Positions 18,102 through 25,968 of a stretch of DNA of 64,000 bases are shown here, piece by piece. The DNA lies in IMG/VR virus record IMGVR_UViG_3300002773_000047. One strand, given 5' to 3'. The stretch is from an uncultured virus (IMG/VR IMGVR_UViG_3300002773_000047). Taxonomy: Duplodnaviria; Heunggongvirae; Uroviricota; Caudoviricetes. The translations under genes were made by a program, and so were the position numbers. Numbering within the stretch: position 1 is the first letter of the stretch; each line of letters opens with the position of its first letter. The notes under the pieces are model-generated. The model had not been told where the DNA came from, made no database searches, and was given only the letters and a program-made list of their open reading frames with translations.

Positions 18102-18682
18102 CGGTCACCCCCACCGAGCAATCCCGCCGCATGTCCTTTGGGCGCGGCGTCATGGAAGGCCTGCGCATGGCAGGCATCCAAAACCCTGGAGACGTGATGA
18201 ACGCAGCGAAGTTGGCCCGCATCGAGAGCGGCCTGAACAGCATGGCCAAGAAGGTGCTCGGCGCCGTGCCCATCCAAGCGCCCTGGTCGAAGGAACAGAT
18301 CGTCAGCGAGCTGCGCCGCGCCGGGGCCACGGTAGACCGCGCCGTGGTCGACGGCTGCCTCATCACTCTCTGCGAGCGCGGCCTGGTGAAGGAACCCAGT
18401 CGGGGCAGCTTCATCCGGGTCATCGCTCGCCTCATCACCCAAGCAACCGAGGAGTTCCACGACATGTCCGCCAACGCCAGACCCGCTGCAGCGCAGCAGC
18501 CCCAGCCTTCCGCTCCAGAGCGGGACGATTCCCTTTCCCGCCTGGCGAACCTGGGCGCGCTGCTGCGGCGCGCCGCCGACGAGTGCGACGCCATCGCTCT
18601 CGACGTGGAAGCGCGGGTGCAGGCCGCCGGCAAGGAGGGCGAGACGCTCCGGCAGCTCAAGGCTCTTCTCACTGGCGCCTGA
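18098..18682 (+). CDS. Winged-helix-like hypothetical protein
   Basis: CL..LCERGLVKEPSRGSF wing-like motif. Confidence 0.55.
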   Translation: MTVTPTEQSRRMSFGRGVMEGLRMAGIQNPGDVMNAAKLARIESGLNSMAKKVLGAVPIQAPWSKEQIVSELRRAGATVDRAVVDGCLITLCERGLVKEPSRGSFIRVIARLITQATEEFHDMSANARPAAAQQPQPSAPERDDSLSRLANLGALLRRAADECDAIALDVEARVQAAGKEGETLRQLKALLTGA

Positions 18683-18694
18683 GGCGAGGACAAC

Positions 18695-19195
18695 ATGGCA
18701 GACATTGCCCTGCAAGTCATCTGGCCCGACCAGGAGCGCGCGCGCACCAGCTTGCTCGAGCGCGTAGCGCCCTGGTGCAAAGAGCAGTGGGCCGCCGGCC
18801 GGCGCCTGGAGCTGGAGATTCGGCTGCACGAGGATGCGAAGACCGATCGCCAGCGGAAGTACTACCACGGCGTGGTGCTCAAGACCATCGCGCTGCAGGC
18901 GCGCCCGAACGACCAGCAGTTCCCCCTGAAGGTCTGGAAGGAGCACTTCCGCGCTGAGTACTTGGGCTGGAAGACCGTCACCAGCCGCAACCCGCTCACG
19001 GGCAAGAAGGTGCGCAGGCGCGAGCGCGTCAGCACCGAGCAGCTGGGAGTGAAGGGCTACAGTCAGCTCATCGACCGCGTGAGCGCGTTCGCTGCCTCGG
19101 AACTGGGCGTGACGTTCCCCGCAAGCTTCGAGCAGTGGGAGCGGATGCAGGTGGACCCGGACACTGGCGAAATCATCGGGGGAGTTCTGGGATGA
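18695..19195 (+). CDS. NinB/Orf-like recombination protein
   Basis: KTDRQRKYYH, WKEHF, STEQLG...YSQLIDRV.AFA..LGV.F. Confidence 0.7.
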   Translation: MADIALQVIWPDQERARTSLLERVAPWCKEQWAAGRRLELEIRLHEDAKTDRQRKYYHGVVLKTIALQARPNDQQFPLKVWKEHFRAEYLGWKTVTSRNPLTGKKVRRRERVSTEQLGVKGYSQLIDRVSAFAASELGVTFPASFEQWERMQVDPDTGEIIGGVLG

Positions 19196-19452
19196 AGTGG
19201 TTCATCGACTTCTACTGGCAACTGCGCGTCCTGCCCTACGCGGTGAAGCACCTGCTGGGCCGCTGGTATGTCCTGAGGGACGCGCCCGACGGCGTGGTCT
19301 TCTGGCTAGCCAAGGCCCACCGGGAAGCGCTGCGGGATGAGCTCGCCCAAGACGACGATGTGATGTCCTTCCTTGCGGAAGGCACGCGCGAGCTGGAGGT
19401 GCGGGTGCAGCGCCTACGCCGAAAGATCGAGCGACTTGGGGAAAAGCAGTGA
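19192..19452 (+). CDS. Hypothetical protein
   Basis: ATGA/GTGA coupling on both sides. Confidence 0.55.
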   Translation: MKWFIDFYWQLRVLPYAVKHLLGRWYVLRDAPDGVVFWLAKAHREALRDELAQDDDVMSFLAEGTRELEVRVQRLRRKIERLGEKQ

Positions 19453-19982
19453 AGCGGAGCGCGCCCATGCCGCGTACCGGCTTCAAGCGCCGCCGGCCGC
19501 AGGTCATCGGCGTGGATCTCGCTTCGGGCCCAGACCGCACGGTGATCGTGAAGATGCTGCCGGTGCCCGGCCGCATCGTGAGCATGGTTGCGATCAACGA
19601 TGCCGATTTCCGCGGCGGCATGCCGAAGACCGTTAAGCAGGAGAACCGCACGCTGTTGAACATGGCCCGGGGTCAGCGCTGCCTGTTGCAGGTGCCCGGC
19701 ACCTGCACGGGCGACACCGCCACCACGGTGGCATGCCACAGCAACCAGTCGGTGCACGGCAAGGCCGGCGCGCGCAAGGCTGACGACCAGTGGTCCGTGT
19801 GGGGGTGCGTGCGCTGCCACACCTGGCTCGACCAAGGCCCGGCCCCGGCCGCCGAGAAGATCGAGCGGTTCGCCGCCGCTCACCGCTGGATGGTTTCCAT
19901 CTGGCAAGACATCGTGGCAGGCGTACAGCCGGCCACACCGAAGGAGCGCCGGGCCGCCGCATGGGCCCTGGCCAGGATTTAA
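19449..19982 (+). CDS. DUF1364/YbcO-like zinc nuclease-domain protein
   Basis: ARGQRCLLQVPGTC..TTVACHSN...GK...KADD...GCVRCH..LD. Confidence 0.75.
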   Translation: MKRSAPMPRTGFKRRRPQVIGVDLASGPDRTVIVKMLPVPGRIVSMVAINDADFRGGMPKTVKQENRTLLNMARGQRCLLQVPGTCTGDTATTVACHSNQSVHGKAGARKADDQWSVWGCVRCHTWLDQGPAPAAEKIERFAAAHRWMVSIWQDIVAGVQPATPKERRAAAWALARI

Positions 19983-19996
19983 AACGAGGAGAACGA

Positions 19997-20563
19997 ATGG
20001 CTGAAGCCCAAAAATCAACCCTGCTGGTGGTGCTAGAGGCGGTGCAGGATCTGCACGCCCAGGAGCAGGTGGTCACCCGCGAGACGCTGGCCGAGCTGAC
20101 CGGCCTGAAGCTCACCACCATTGATGACCGCCTCGGCGTCCTGGTGGACGAGGGCGACATCGTGCGCGTGCAACGCGGCGTGTTCGTGCCGGCGGTGCGG
20201 CATGCGCCCGCGCGGCCCATGTCCAAGACCGTGATGCCCGACGGCACTGTGAAGATCGAGATCGGCGACGAGGTGCTCACGCTCACGCCGCGGGAGGACC
20301 GGGCTCTGGCAAATCTGATGGCGGGCGCCGCCGCCCAGGCTGCGGCCATCGAAGCGGGGAGGAACACTGCGCTGCTCGCGGCCGAGCTGGGTGAGGAGGT
20401 CAAGCGCCTGCGTCGTCAGGTGCAGGCGCTCACGGAACGAGTGGACCCTGGCCAAGGGCAGCTTTTCGCGGAGCTGGGGCGCGTCGTGAAGCCGGCCGCC
20501 AACGGCGCGGCATTCGGCTTCGATAGGAGCAAACCTGTTTCGGGCGGAAAATCAGTTTCATGA
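19997..20563 (+). CDS. Winged-HTH protein, candidate late-gene activator
   Basis: TRETLAELTGLKLTTIDDRLGVLVDEGDIVRVQRGVF; AGGAG SD; Q-like position at end of nin region. Confidence 0.6.
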   Translation: MAEAQKSTLLVVLEAVQDLHAQEQVVTRETLAELTGLKLTTIDDRLGVLVDEGDIVRVQRGVFVPAVRHAPARPMSKTVMPDGTVKIEIGDEVLTLTPREDRALANLMAGAAAQAAAIEAGRNTALLAAELGEEVKRLRRQVQALTERVDPGQGQLFAELGRVVKPAANGAAFGFDRSKPVSGGKSVS

Positions 20564-21042
20564 ACACCTCCGACTACATCGCGCTTGCCGCACTCGCGGT
20601 CAGTGGATATGCCGTTTACCAGTCTCACCGTACAAATGCGCGCACAGAAGCGGCACGCCGGGAGTCGGAAGCCACGCAGGCTGCTGCCAAGCGCCGGGGG
20701 TTGGTCGACGAGGTGATCCTGGAGGCGCACGGCTTGGCCGACGACGTGCGCTTGCACGGTGGCGAGGTAGATAAGACGAAGCGGCGCGCGAACGACATGG
20801 AGATCAAGAGCGGATCGCGCGAGAATTCGAGCTTCACCCTCATCCGGCAGAGTTGCGAAGGAAAGCGGATAGAGGCGGAAGACGCGCACACGGCCTACGC
20901 GCAGCCCGTTCTCTCTGCAACAACGGAAGCGCTCGGCCAGCGCTCGATCGAGGAGCTCGAATCGACGCTGCGAGATATCAAAAAGGCGCGCGGCCGCGTT
21001 CGCCTGCTCATCGAGGAAACCAAAAAGCTGCTATCGGAGTAG
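20560..21042 (+). CDS. N-terminally anchored coiled-coil protein (moron-like)
   Basis: Hydrophobic N-terminus IALAALAVSGYAVY. Confidence 0.6.
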   Translation: MNTSDYIALAALAVSGYAVYQSHRTNARTEAARRESEATQAAAKRRGLVDEVILEAHGLADDVRLHGGEVDKTKRRANDMEIKSGSRENSSFTLIRQSCEGKRIEAEDAHTAYAQPVLSATTEALGQRSIEELESTLRDIKKARGRVRLLIEETKKLLSE

Positions 21043-21070
21043 CCGAAATCTCACCGGCGAGAATGGCCGC

Positions 21071-21364
21071 GTGAACACGCACACCTCTCAACTCGCAGGC
21101 CAAGAGCTCGAAGCCTGGGTAGCCAAGGCCGTGGGCGAGCAGGCCTACAAGACCCTCTGGCCGGACTTCGAGAAGCTGGTGGACCGTTTCGCCATCAGCA
21201 TCTCACCCCTCCCGGGCAAGGGCCTGCAGTGGGTCGCGATCGTGATCGGTCGGCCCGCCACTGGACTATCCGCCGGCCCGTACCAAGAGGGCCCGACGCC
21301 CCGAATCGCAGTGGGGCGCGCCATCGTCGCAGCCCGATTCGGCCTGGAACTTCAGATCGGCTGA
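21071..21364 (+). CDS. NinX (DUF2591)-like protein
   Basis: L.G.EL..WVAKA.G ... GPTPRIAVGRAIVAARFG. Confidence 0.65.
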   Translation: MNTHTSQLAGQELEAWVAKAVGEQAYKTLWPDFEKLVDRFAISISPLPGKGLQWVAIVIGRPATGLSAGPYQEGPTPRIAVGRAIVAARFGLELQIG

Positions 21365-22488
21365 GCGAAGACGGCCGACCAGTGCATGTGGCTGCTCTTG
21401 TGGTGCCGCATTTCCCGTAGCTGGAACGTGATGCGCACGCGCCCGACACGTGCCACTTCGACTTCGGCCTCCATCGTCTCCGGCAGCCCCTTGGCGGGCT
21501 CGGGCAGCTGCTTCGAAGCGGCCGACAGCTCCTCGACCGACACGCTCGCCAACACGCCATTCGGGTGGAACGGATCTTTCAAGTCCGGCATCCGGCCGTC
21601 GCCGTACTGCACCAGCATCTTCAGCGCCGTCATGCCGTTGCGCACGCCCTTGTCCTCGTCGCAGTTGTTGAAGATCATGTGGGCGTTCCGCGCCTTGTAG
21701 GCCAGTCGCACCGTCTCGGCGATGATGCCTTTGAGCTCGGCGTCCGAATACTCGTAGGAGAACCTTTCCGCCGGCGAGGACACCGCAGCGTTGTACGTCT
21801 CGGTGTTCCGGCCATGCAGGCGCACCAGCGTGTAGTTGGGGTTCGTGACCTCCCAGACCGGCGGTACGCTGTTATCGAAGCCGCGCGGGCCGTCGACCAC
21901 GGTGTGCACGGCGTTCAGGGCGCGCAGCATGGCCAATGTCTCGACGGTCCGCTTCGTGCCGTCCCACCAGCTGCTGTGTCGGAACTCGATGCTGATGGTG
22001 TCCCGCGGCAGCTTCTGGCGGATGGACTCGAGGTGAGCGACCACCCGAGGGCTCGGTACCACCGACGGCGGGAACTGGAAGTGGATCAGCCCGAGCTTGC
22101 CGTTCAGGCGTAGCGGCTCGAGCGATTGGTGGAAGGCCTCCCACAGTGCATCCTTCACCTCGTCGGCGGTATCCCGGTAGAGCAGGCGCTTCCGGCCGGG
22201 CAGCAGCTCCTTCACGCCGCGCGGCAGCACCTGCACGTCGGTCTGGTGCCCGGTGAAGAAGCGGAAGGCCTTCACATTGAAGACGAACCCCTCGGGCGTG
22301 CGCGCCGCCCAGTTGTGCGTGTTCGTCTGGGAGGGGATGGCGTAGTAGCTGCTGTCCACCTCGACCAGCGGGAAGATGCTGGCGTAGTAGCGCAGGCGCG
22401 CCTCCGGTGTCTTGCAGTCCGGAGGGTAGAAGCGGCCGCAGTCGATCAGCGTCTTCTCGGCCCAGGAAGCATGCCCCACGAGAGTCAT
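21352..22488 (-). CDS. DUF72 (YecE/YunF) TIM-barrel protein with C-terminal extension
   Basis: VEVDSSYYA, F.VKA, FQFPPS, EFRH.SW, VRLHGRN, Y.YS..EL, FNN. Confidence 0.88.
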   Translation of the reverse strand: MTLVGHASWAEKTLIDCGRFYPPDCKTPEARLRYYASIFPLVEVDSSYYAIPSQTNTHNWAARTPEGFVFNVKAFRFFTGHQTDVQVLPRGVKELLPGRKRLLYRDTADEVKDALWEAFHQSLEPLRLNGKLGLIHFQFPPSVVPSPRVVAHLESIRQKLPRDTISIEFRHSSWWDGTKRTVETLAMLRALNAVHTVVDGPRGFDNSVPPVWEVTNPNYTLVRLHGRNTETYNAAVSSPAERFSYEYSDAELKGIIAETVRLAYKARNAHMIFNNCDEDKGVRNGMTALKMLVQYGDGRMPDLKDPFHPNGVLASVSVEELSAASKQLPEPAKGLPETMEAEVEVARVGRVRITFQLREMRHHKSSHMHWSAVFAQPI

Positions 22489-22515
22489 GTCTCATTATGG
22501 GCACCAGCAGCCGCC

Positions 22516-22557
22516 CCCCTGTAGGGATTCGCCGCGTCGGCGGGCAGCGAGAACATT
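22516..22557 (+). promoter_or_regulatory. Late-promoter motif copy 1
   Basis: CCCCTGTAGGGA-TTCGCC-N17-GAACAT. Confidence 0.6.
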
Positions 22558-22562
22558 CCCTC

Positions 22563-22798
22563 ACCGATCACGGTCCCCGAACTTGGCGTCAGCCCTGGCG
22601 CTGGAGTGGGGGGCAAACCACTCCACATGACCCCTTGCGCATCCCAGGGGATTCAGGGCGGGATGAGAACCGCGCGGCCCAGCGCACCCTGTGTGCGTAG
22701 TCGGATGGACCGGTCCCCGGCGCTTTCGCCGGCCAGTTGTCTCCTCGCGCGGCTCCGGCCGCACGTTCGCCCGCCAGGCCCACCCTGGCGGGTTTTTT
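22563..22798 (+). ncRNA. Putative structured non-coding RNA
   Basis: Promoter upstream, at least 7 nested stems, intrinsic terminator, no credible ORF. Confidence 0.55.
22770..22798 (+). terminator. Intrinsic terminator
   Basis: CCCGCCAGG-cccac-CCTGGCGGG-TTTTTT. Confidence 0.85.
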
Positions 22799-22852
22799 CT
22801 GCCGGACGCCCAGTCGCATCACAATGCACCAACTCCATCCTTGAGGGCTGTC

Positions 22853-23251
22853 ATGAGCAATTACGACTTCGAGTTCGACCTGATCCGCTCGCGAGACGAC
22901 GCACCGCCATTCAGCCGCGAGTATCAGCAGGAGCTGGCAGGCTACGCGACGCAGTTCGGCCCTCACTCTCAGACCGCCTTCACGATGGATTCTGTTGACG
23001 GCGGAGGAGGGCCGCTGGGCGAGTTCGCGTTTGGGAGCTATTCCGAGCTGATCAAGGCGGTGGGAGCGGTCGCTGTCGGCTACATCGCCGCGAGGGCAGG
23101 GCGGAAGGTGAAGGTCAAGAGCAAGGATCTTGAGGTTGAAGCCCGCAATCCCGAGGAGGTGAAGGCGCTGTTGCTGGTTCTCCGCGAGCATGAGGCTGAA
23201 GCAGCCGCGAAAGCGCCAGCGGCAAACGAGCAGAAGCCTCCTGCCGCATAG
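22853..23251 (+). CDS. Hypothetical moron protein, weakly EACC1-like
   Basis: GAGGG SD; GGGG-hydrophobic helix-RKVKVK pattern. Confidence 0.55.
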   Translation: MSNYDFEFDLIRSRDDAPPFSREYQQELAGYATQFGPHSQTAFTMDSVDGGGGPLGEFAFGSYSELIKAVGAVAVGYIAARAGRKVKVKSKDLEVEARNPEEVKALLLVLREHEAEAAAKAPAANEQKPPAA

Positions 23252-23261
23252 CGCTGACATC

Positions 23262-23302
23262 ACCCTGTAGGGTTCGACCAGCTCGGGAGCGCGCGGAACA
23301 CT
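23262..23302 (+). promoter_or_regulatory. Late-promoter motif copy 2 (terS)
   Basis: ACCCTGTAGGGT-TCGACC-N17-AACACT. Confidence 0.7.
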
Positions 23303-23309
23303 CGCGCGC

Positions 23310-24272
23310 ATGGCAACACGCAAGCCGGCCAAGAAGCAGGCACCCGCACCGAAGAAGACCATCACCAAGCCCGCAGCCCTCAAGAAGGCCGCGGGCGCAC
23401 CTGCGCGCAAGAAGTCGGCACCGCCGGCCAAGCCGAAGAAGCCAGCCCGGCCGACCCGAGCAGCAACACCAGCACCAGTCACAGAACCCGCACAGCTTGG
23501 CCTAACCGACCTGCAGCAGCGCTTCGTCGACGAGTACCTCGTGGACCTGAACGGCACGCAGGCAGCCATCCGCGCCGGCTACAGCCCGGACACCGCCCGG
23601 CAGATGGCATCGGAGAACCTGTCAAAACCGTACATCCAGATTGCCATCGCTGAAGCTCGAAAGGCCCAGCAGACGCGCACGCACATCGAAGCCGATCGCG
23701 TGGTGGTGGAGGCTTGGAACATCGTGTTCGCCGACCCGCGTGAGCTGGTGCAGATCAAGGTCGGCTGCTGCCGGCACTGCTGGGGCGAAGGGTTCAAGTT
23801 CCAGCGCACCGTTGGCGAGTTCAACCACGACCGCGAGCAGCACGCCCTCAAGGCGGGCAACCTGGCCGACTTCGACGAGAAGGGCGGCATCGGGTTCGAT
23901 CCCCTCAAGCCGCCGCATCCTGCCTGCCCGGACTGTGGTGGCGATGGCTACCCGCGCACGGTGCTGACCGACACGCGGCAACTGTCGCCCGCGGCGCGCG
24001 CCCTGTATGCCGGCGCCAAGATGACGAAGTACGGCATCGAGGTGCAGATGCACGACAAGGCCGCCTTCGCGGAGAAGCTCTTCAAGCACCTGGGCCTCTA
24101 CGAGAAGGACAACCAGCAGAAGACCGACCCGCTGGCGTCGCTGCTGAGCCGGATCACGACCGGAAATGCCAACGGATTCCGGCCCGTGGCCGACGATCCC
24201 GAGGTTCCCGATGCTGGTGCGCCTGCATCGAGCGCCATGCAACCGCGCCAGGACGTGGACGGCGAGGACTGA
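23310..24272 (+). CDS. terS: Terminase small subunit
   Basis: QRFVDEYLVDLNGTQAAIRAGYS..A...ASENL.KP.I; HDK..A.EKL.KHLG. Confidence 0.92.
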   Translation: MATRKPAKKQAPAPKKTITKPAALKKAAGAPARKKSAPPAKPKKPARPTRAATPAPVTEPAQLGLTDLQQRFVDEYLVDLNGTQAAIRAGYSPDTARQMASENLSKPYIQIAIAEARKAQQTRTHIEADRVVVEAWNIVFADPRELVQIKVGCCRHCWGEGFKFQRTVGEFNHDREQHALKAGNLADFDEKGGIGFDPLKPPHPACPDCGGDGYPRTVLTDTRQLSPAARALYAGAKMTKYGIEVQMHDKAAFAEKLFKHLGLYEKDNQQKTDPLASLLSRITTGNANGFRPVADDPEVPDAGAPASSAMQPRQDVDGED

Positions 24273-24274
24273 GC

Positions 24275-25957
24275 ATGGCGAAGAAGGTGCAGGACGACGA
24301 GCGCGACGACTGGCTGCCCGAGCTGGCCGGTGGATCGGCGCTCGATGGGCAGCTCTGGCCGGACAAGCCGCGCGACCTGAAGCGCATCAAGGTCATTCCG
24401 CCCACGCACGTGCCTCAGGACGCGGCGGAGCTCGAGCGCTGCCTCGCCGACCCGGAATGGCGCCTCTTCAGCGGGTGCCTGTACCAGATCATCGTGAAGG
24501 GGGAGAACGATGGCGACGACGACCTGGTGCAGCCCTTCATCCCGAACCGGGCGCAGAAGCGCTTCATTCGTCGGCTCTGGCATCGCAACATCATCCTGAA
24601 GGCGCGGCAGCTCGGCTTCACGACCCTGATCGCCATCCTGTGGCTCGACCACGCTCTGTTCAACGGGAACCAGCGCTGCGGCATGATCGCCCAGGACCGC
24701 GAGACGGCCGAGGCCATCTTCCGCGACAAGGTGGTCTTCGCCTACGACCACCTGCCCGAGGAGTTGCGCGAGCGCTTCCCGCTGGCCAGGGCCAGCACGA
24801 AGGAGCTGCTGTTCGGCCACAACAACAGCAGCATCCGCGTGGCCACCAGCGTGCGCGGCGGCACCATCCACCGCCTGCACGTCTCCGAGTTCGGGAAGAT
24901 CTGCGCCAAGTTCCCCGCGAAGGCGAACGAAGTCGTCACCGGCTCGATACAGGCGGTGCCGCTGTCCGGCATCCTGGTCATCGAGAGCACGGCAGAGGGC
25001 AGGGAGGGCGAGTTCTACGACATGTGCCAGCGCGCCCAGGCGCTGGTCGCCGGCAAGGTCAAGCTCACCGCCAGCCAGTACCGCTTCCACTTCTACGCCT
25101 GGTGGCAAGACCCGGCGTACTCGATGGACCCGGCCGGTGTCGCCATCAGCAACGAGCAGCACGACTACTTCAACGAGATCGAGCAGACGTGCGATTGTAA
25201 GATCGACTTGGGGCAGCGCGCCTGGTACGTGGAAAAGCTGCGCAACGACTTCTCCGGCAAAGAGGAGAAGATGTGGCAGGAGTACCCCTCGACGCCTGAG
25301 GAGGCCTTCCAGCAGTCCACGGCCGGCCACTACTACGCCAAGGACTTGGTGCTGCTGCGCAAGCGCGGCGGCATCTGCCAGGTGCCCGTGCTCGACCTGC
25401 CGGTGTTCACCTTCTGGGACATCGGCAACAGCGACGGTACCGCCATCTGGTTCATGCAGCTGCTGCGCGGCGAGGACCGCTTCATCGGCTACTACGAGGA
25501 GCACGAGGAAGACCTGCGCCATTACGCGCGCCACCTCCAGGAGCGAGGCTACCTCTACGGTGGGCACTTCCTGCCGCACGACGCCGACCACAAGCGTCTC
25601 GGCGACTACAACCGCAGCACGAAGGAGCAGCTGCAGCTTCTGCTGCCCGGCCAGGCCTTCTTCATCGTGCCGCGCGTCACCGAGCTGATGACCGGCATCT
25701 ATGCCGTGCGCAAGCACATCAAGGGCGCCTACTTCGATCTGAATGGGACGGAGGAGGGCATGAAGCGCATCCAGGGCTACCGCAAGAAGTTCAGCCAGTC
25801 GGAGAGCCGCTTCCTCGACCAGCCCGACAAGAGCAACGGGTGCAGCGAAGGCGCTGACGCGCTGCGCCAGTGGGCACAAGCCAAGGAGCTCGGGCTGCTC
25901 GACAGCCTGACCGAGAACAGCAGCTACGTGGAGGCCCCGGAGCCTGCCTGCGTGTGA
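24275..25957 (+). CDS. terL: Terminase large subunit
   Basis: ILKARQLGFTT, LHVSE, IESTAEG, WDIG..D, LPHDA. Confidence 0.92.
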   Translation: MAKKVQDDERDDWLPELAGGSALDGQLWPDKPRDLKRIKVIPPTHVPQDAAELERCLADPEWRLFSGCLYQIIVKGENDGDDDLVQPFIPNRAQKRFIRRLWHRNIILKARQLGFTTLIAILWLDHALFNGNQRCGMIAQDRETAEAIFRDKVVFAYDHLPEELRERFPLARASTKELLFGHNNSSIRVATSVRGGTIHRLHVSEFGKICAKFPAKANEVVTGSIQAVPLSGILVIESTAEGREGEFYDMCQRAQALVAGKVKLTASQYRFHFYAWWQDPAYSMDPAGVAISNEQHDYFNEIEQTCDCKIDLGQRAWYVEKLRNDFSGKEEKMWQEYPSTPEEAFQQSTAGHYYAKDLVLLRKRGGICQVPVLDLPVFTFWDIGNSDGTAIWFMQLLRGEDRFIGYYEEHEEDLRHYARHLQERGYLYGGHFLPHDADHKRLGDYNRSTKEQLQLLLPGQAFFIVPRVTELMTGIYAVRKHIKGAYFDLNGTEEGMKRIQGYRKKFSQSESRFLDQPDKSNGCSEGADALRQWAQAKELGLLDSLTENSSYVEAPEPACV

Positions 25958-25968
25958 GGACCACCACC

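Noticed and set aside
20560..23251. Lysis cassette in the usual lambdoid position
   Set aside because: No endolysin, holin or spanin motifs found; lysis genes probably lie beyond the window
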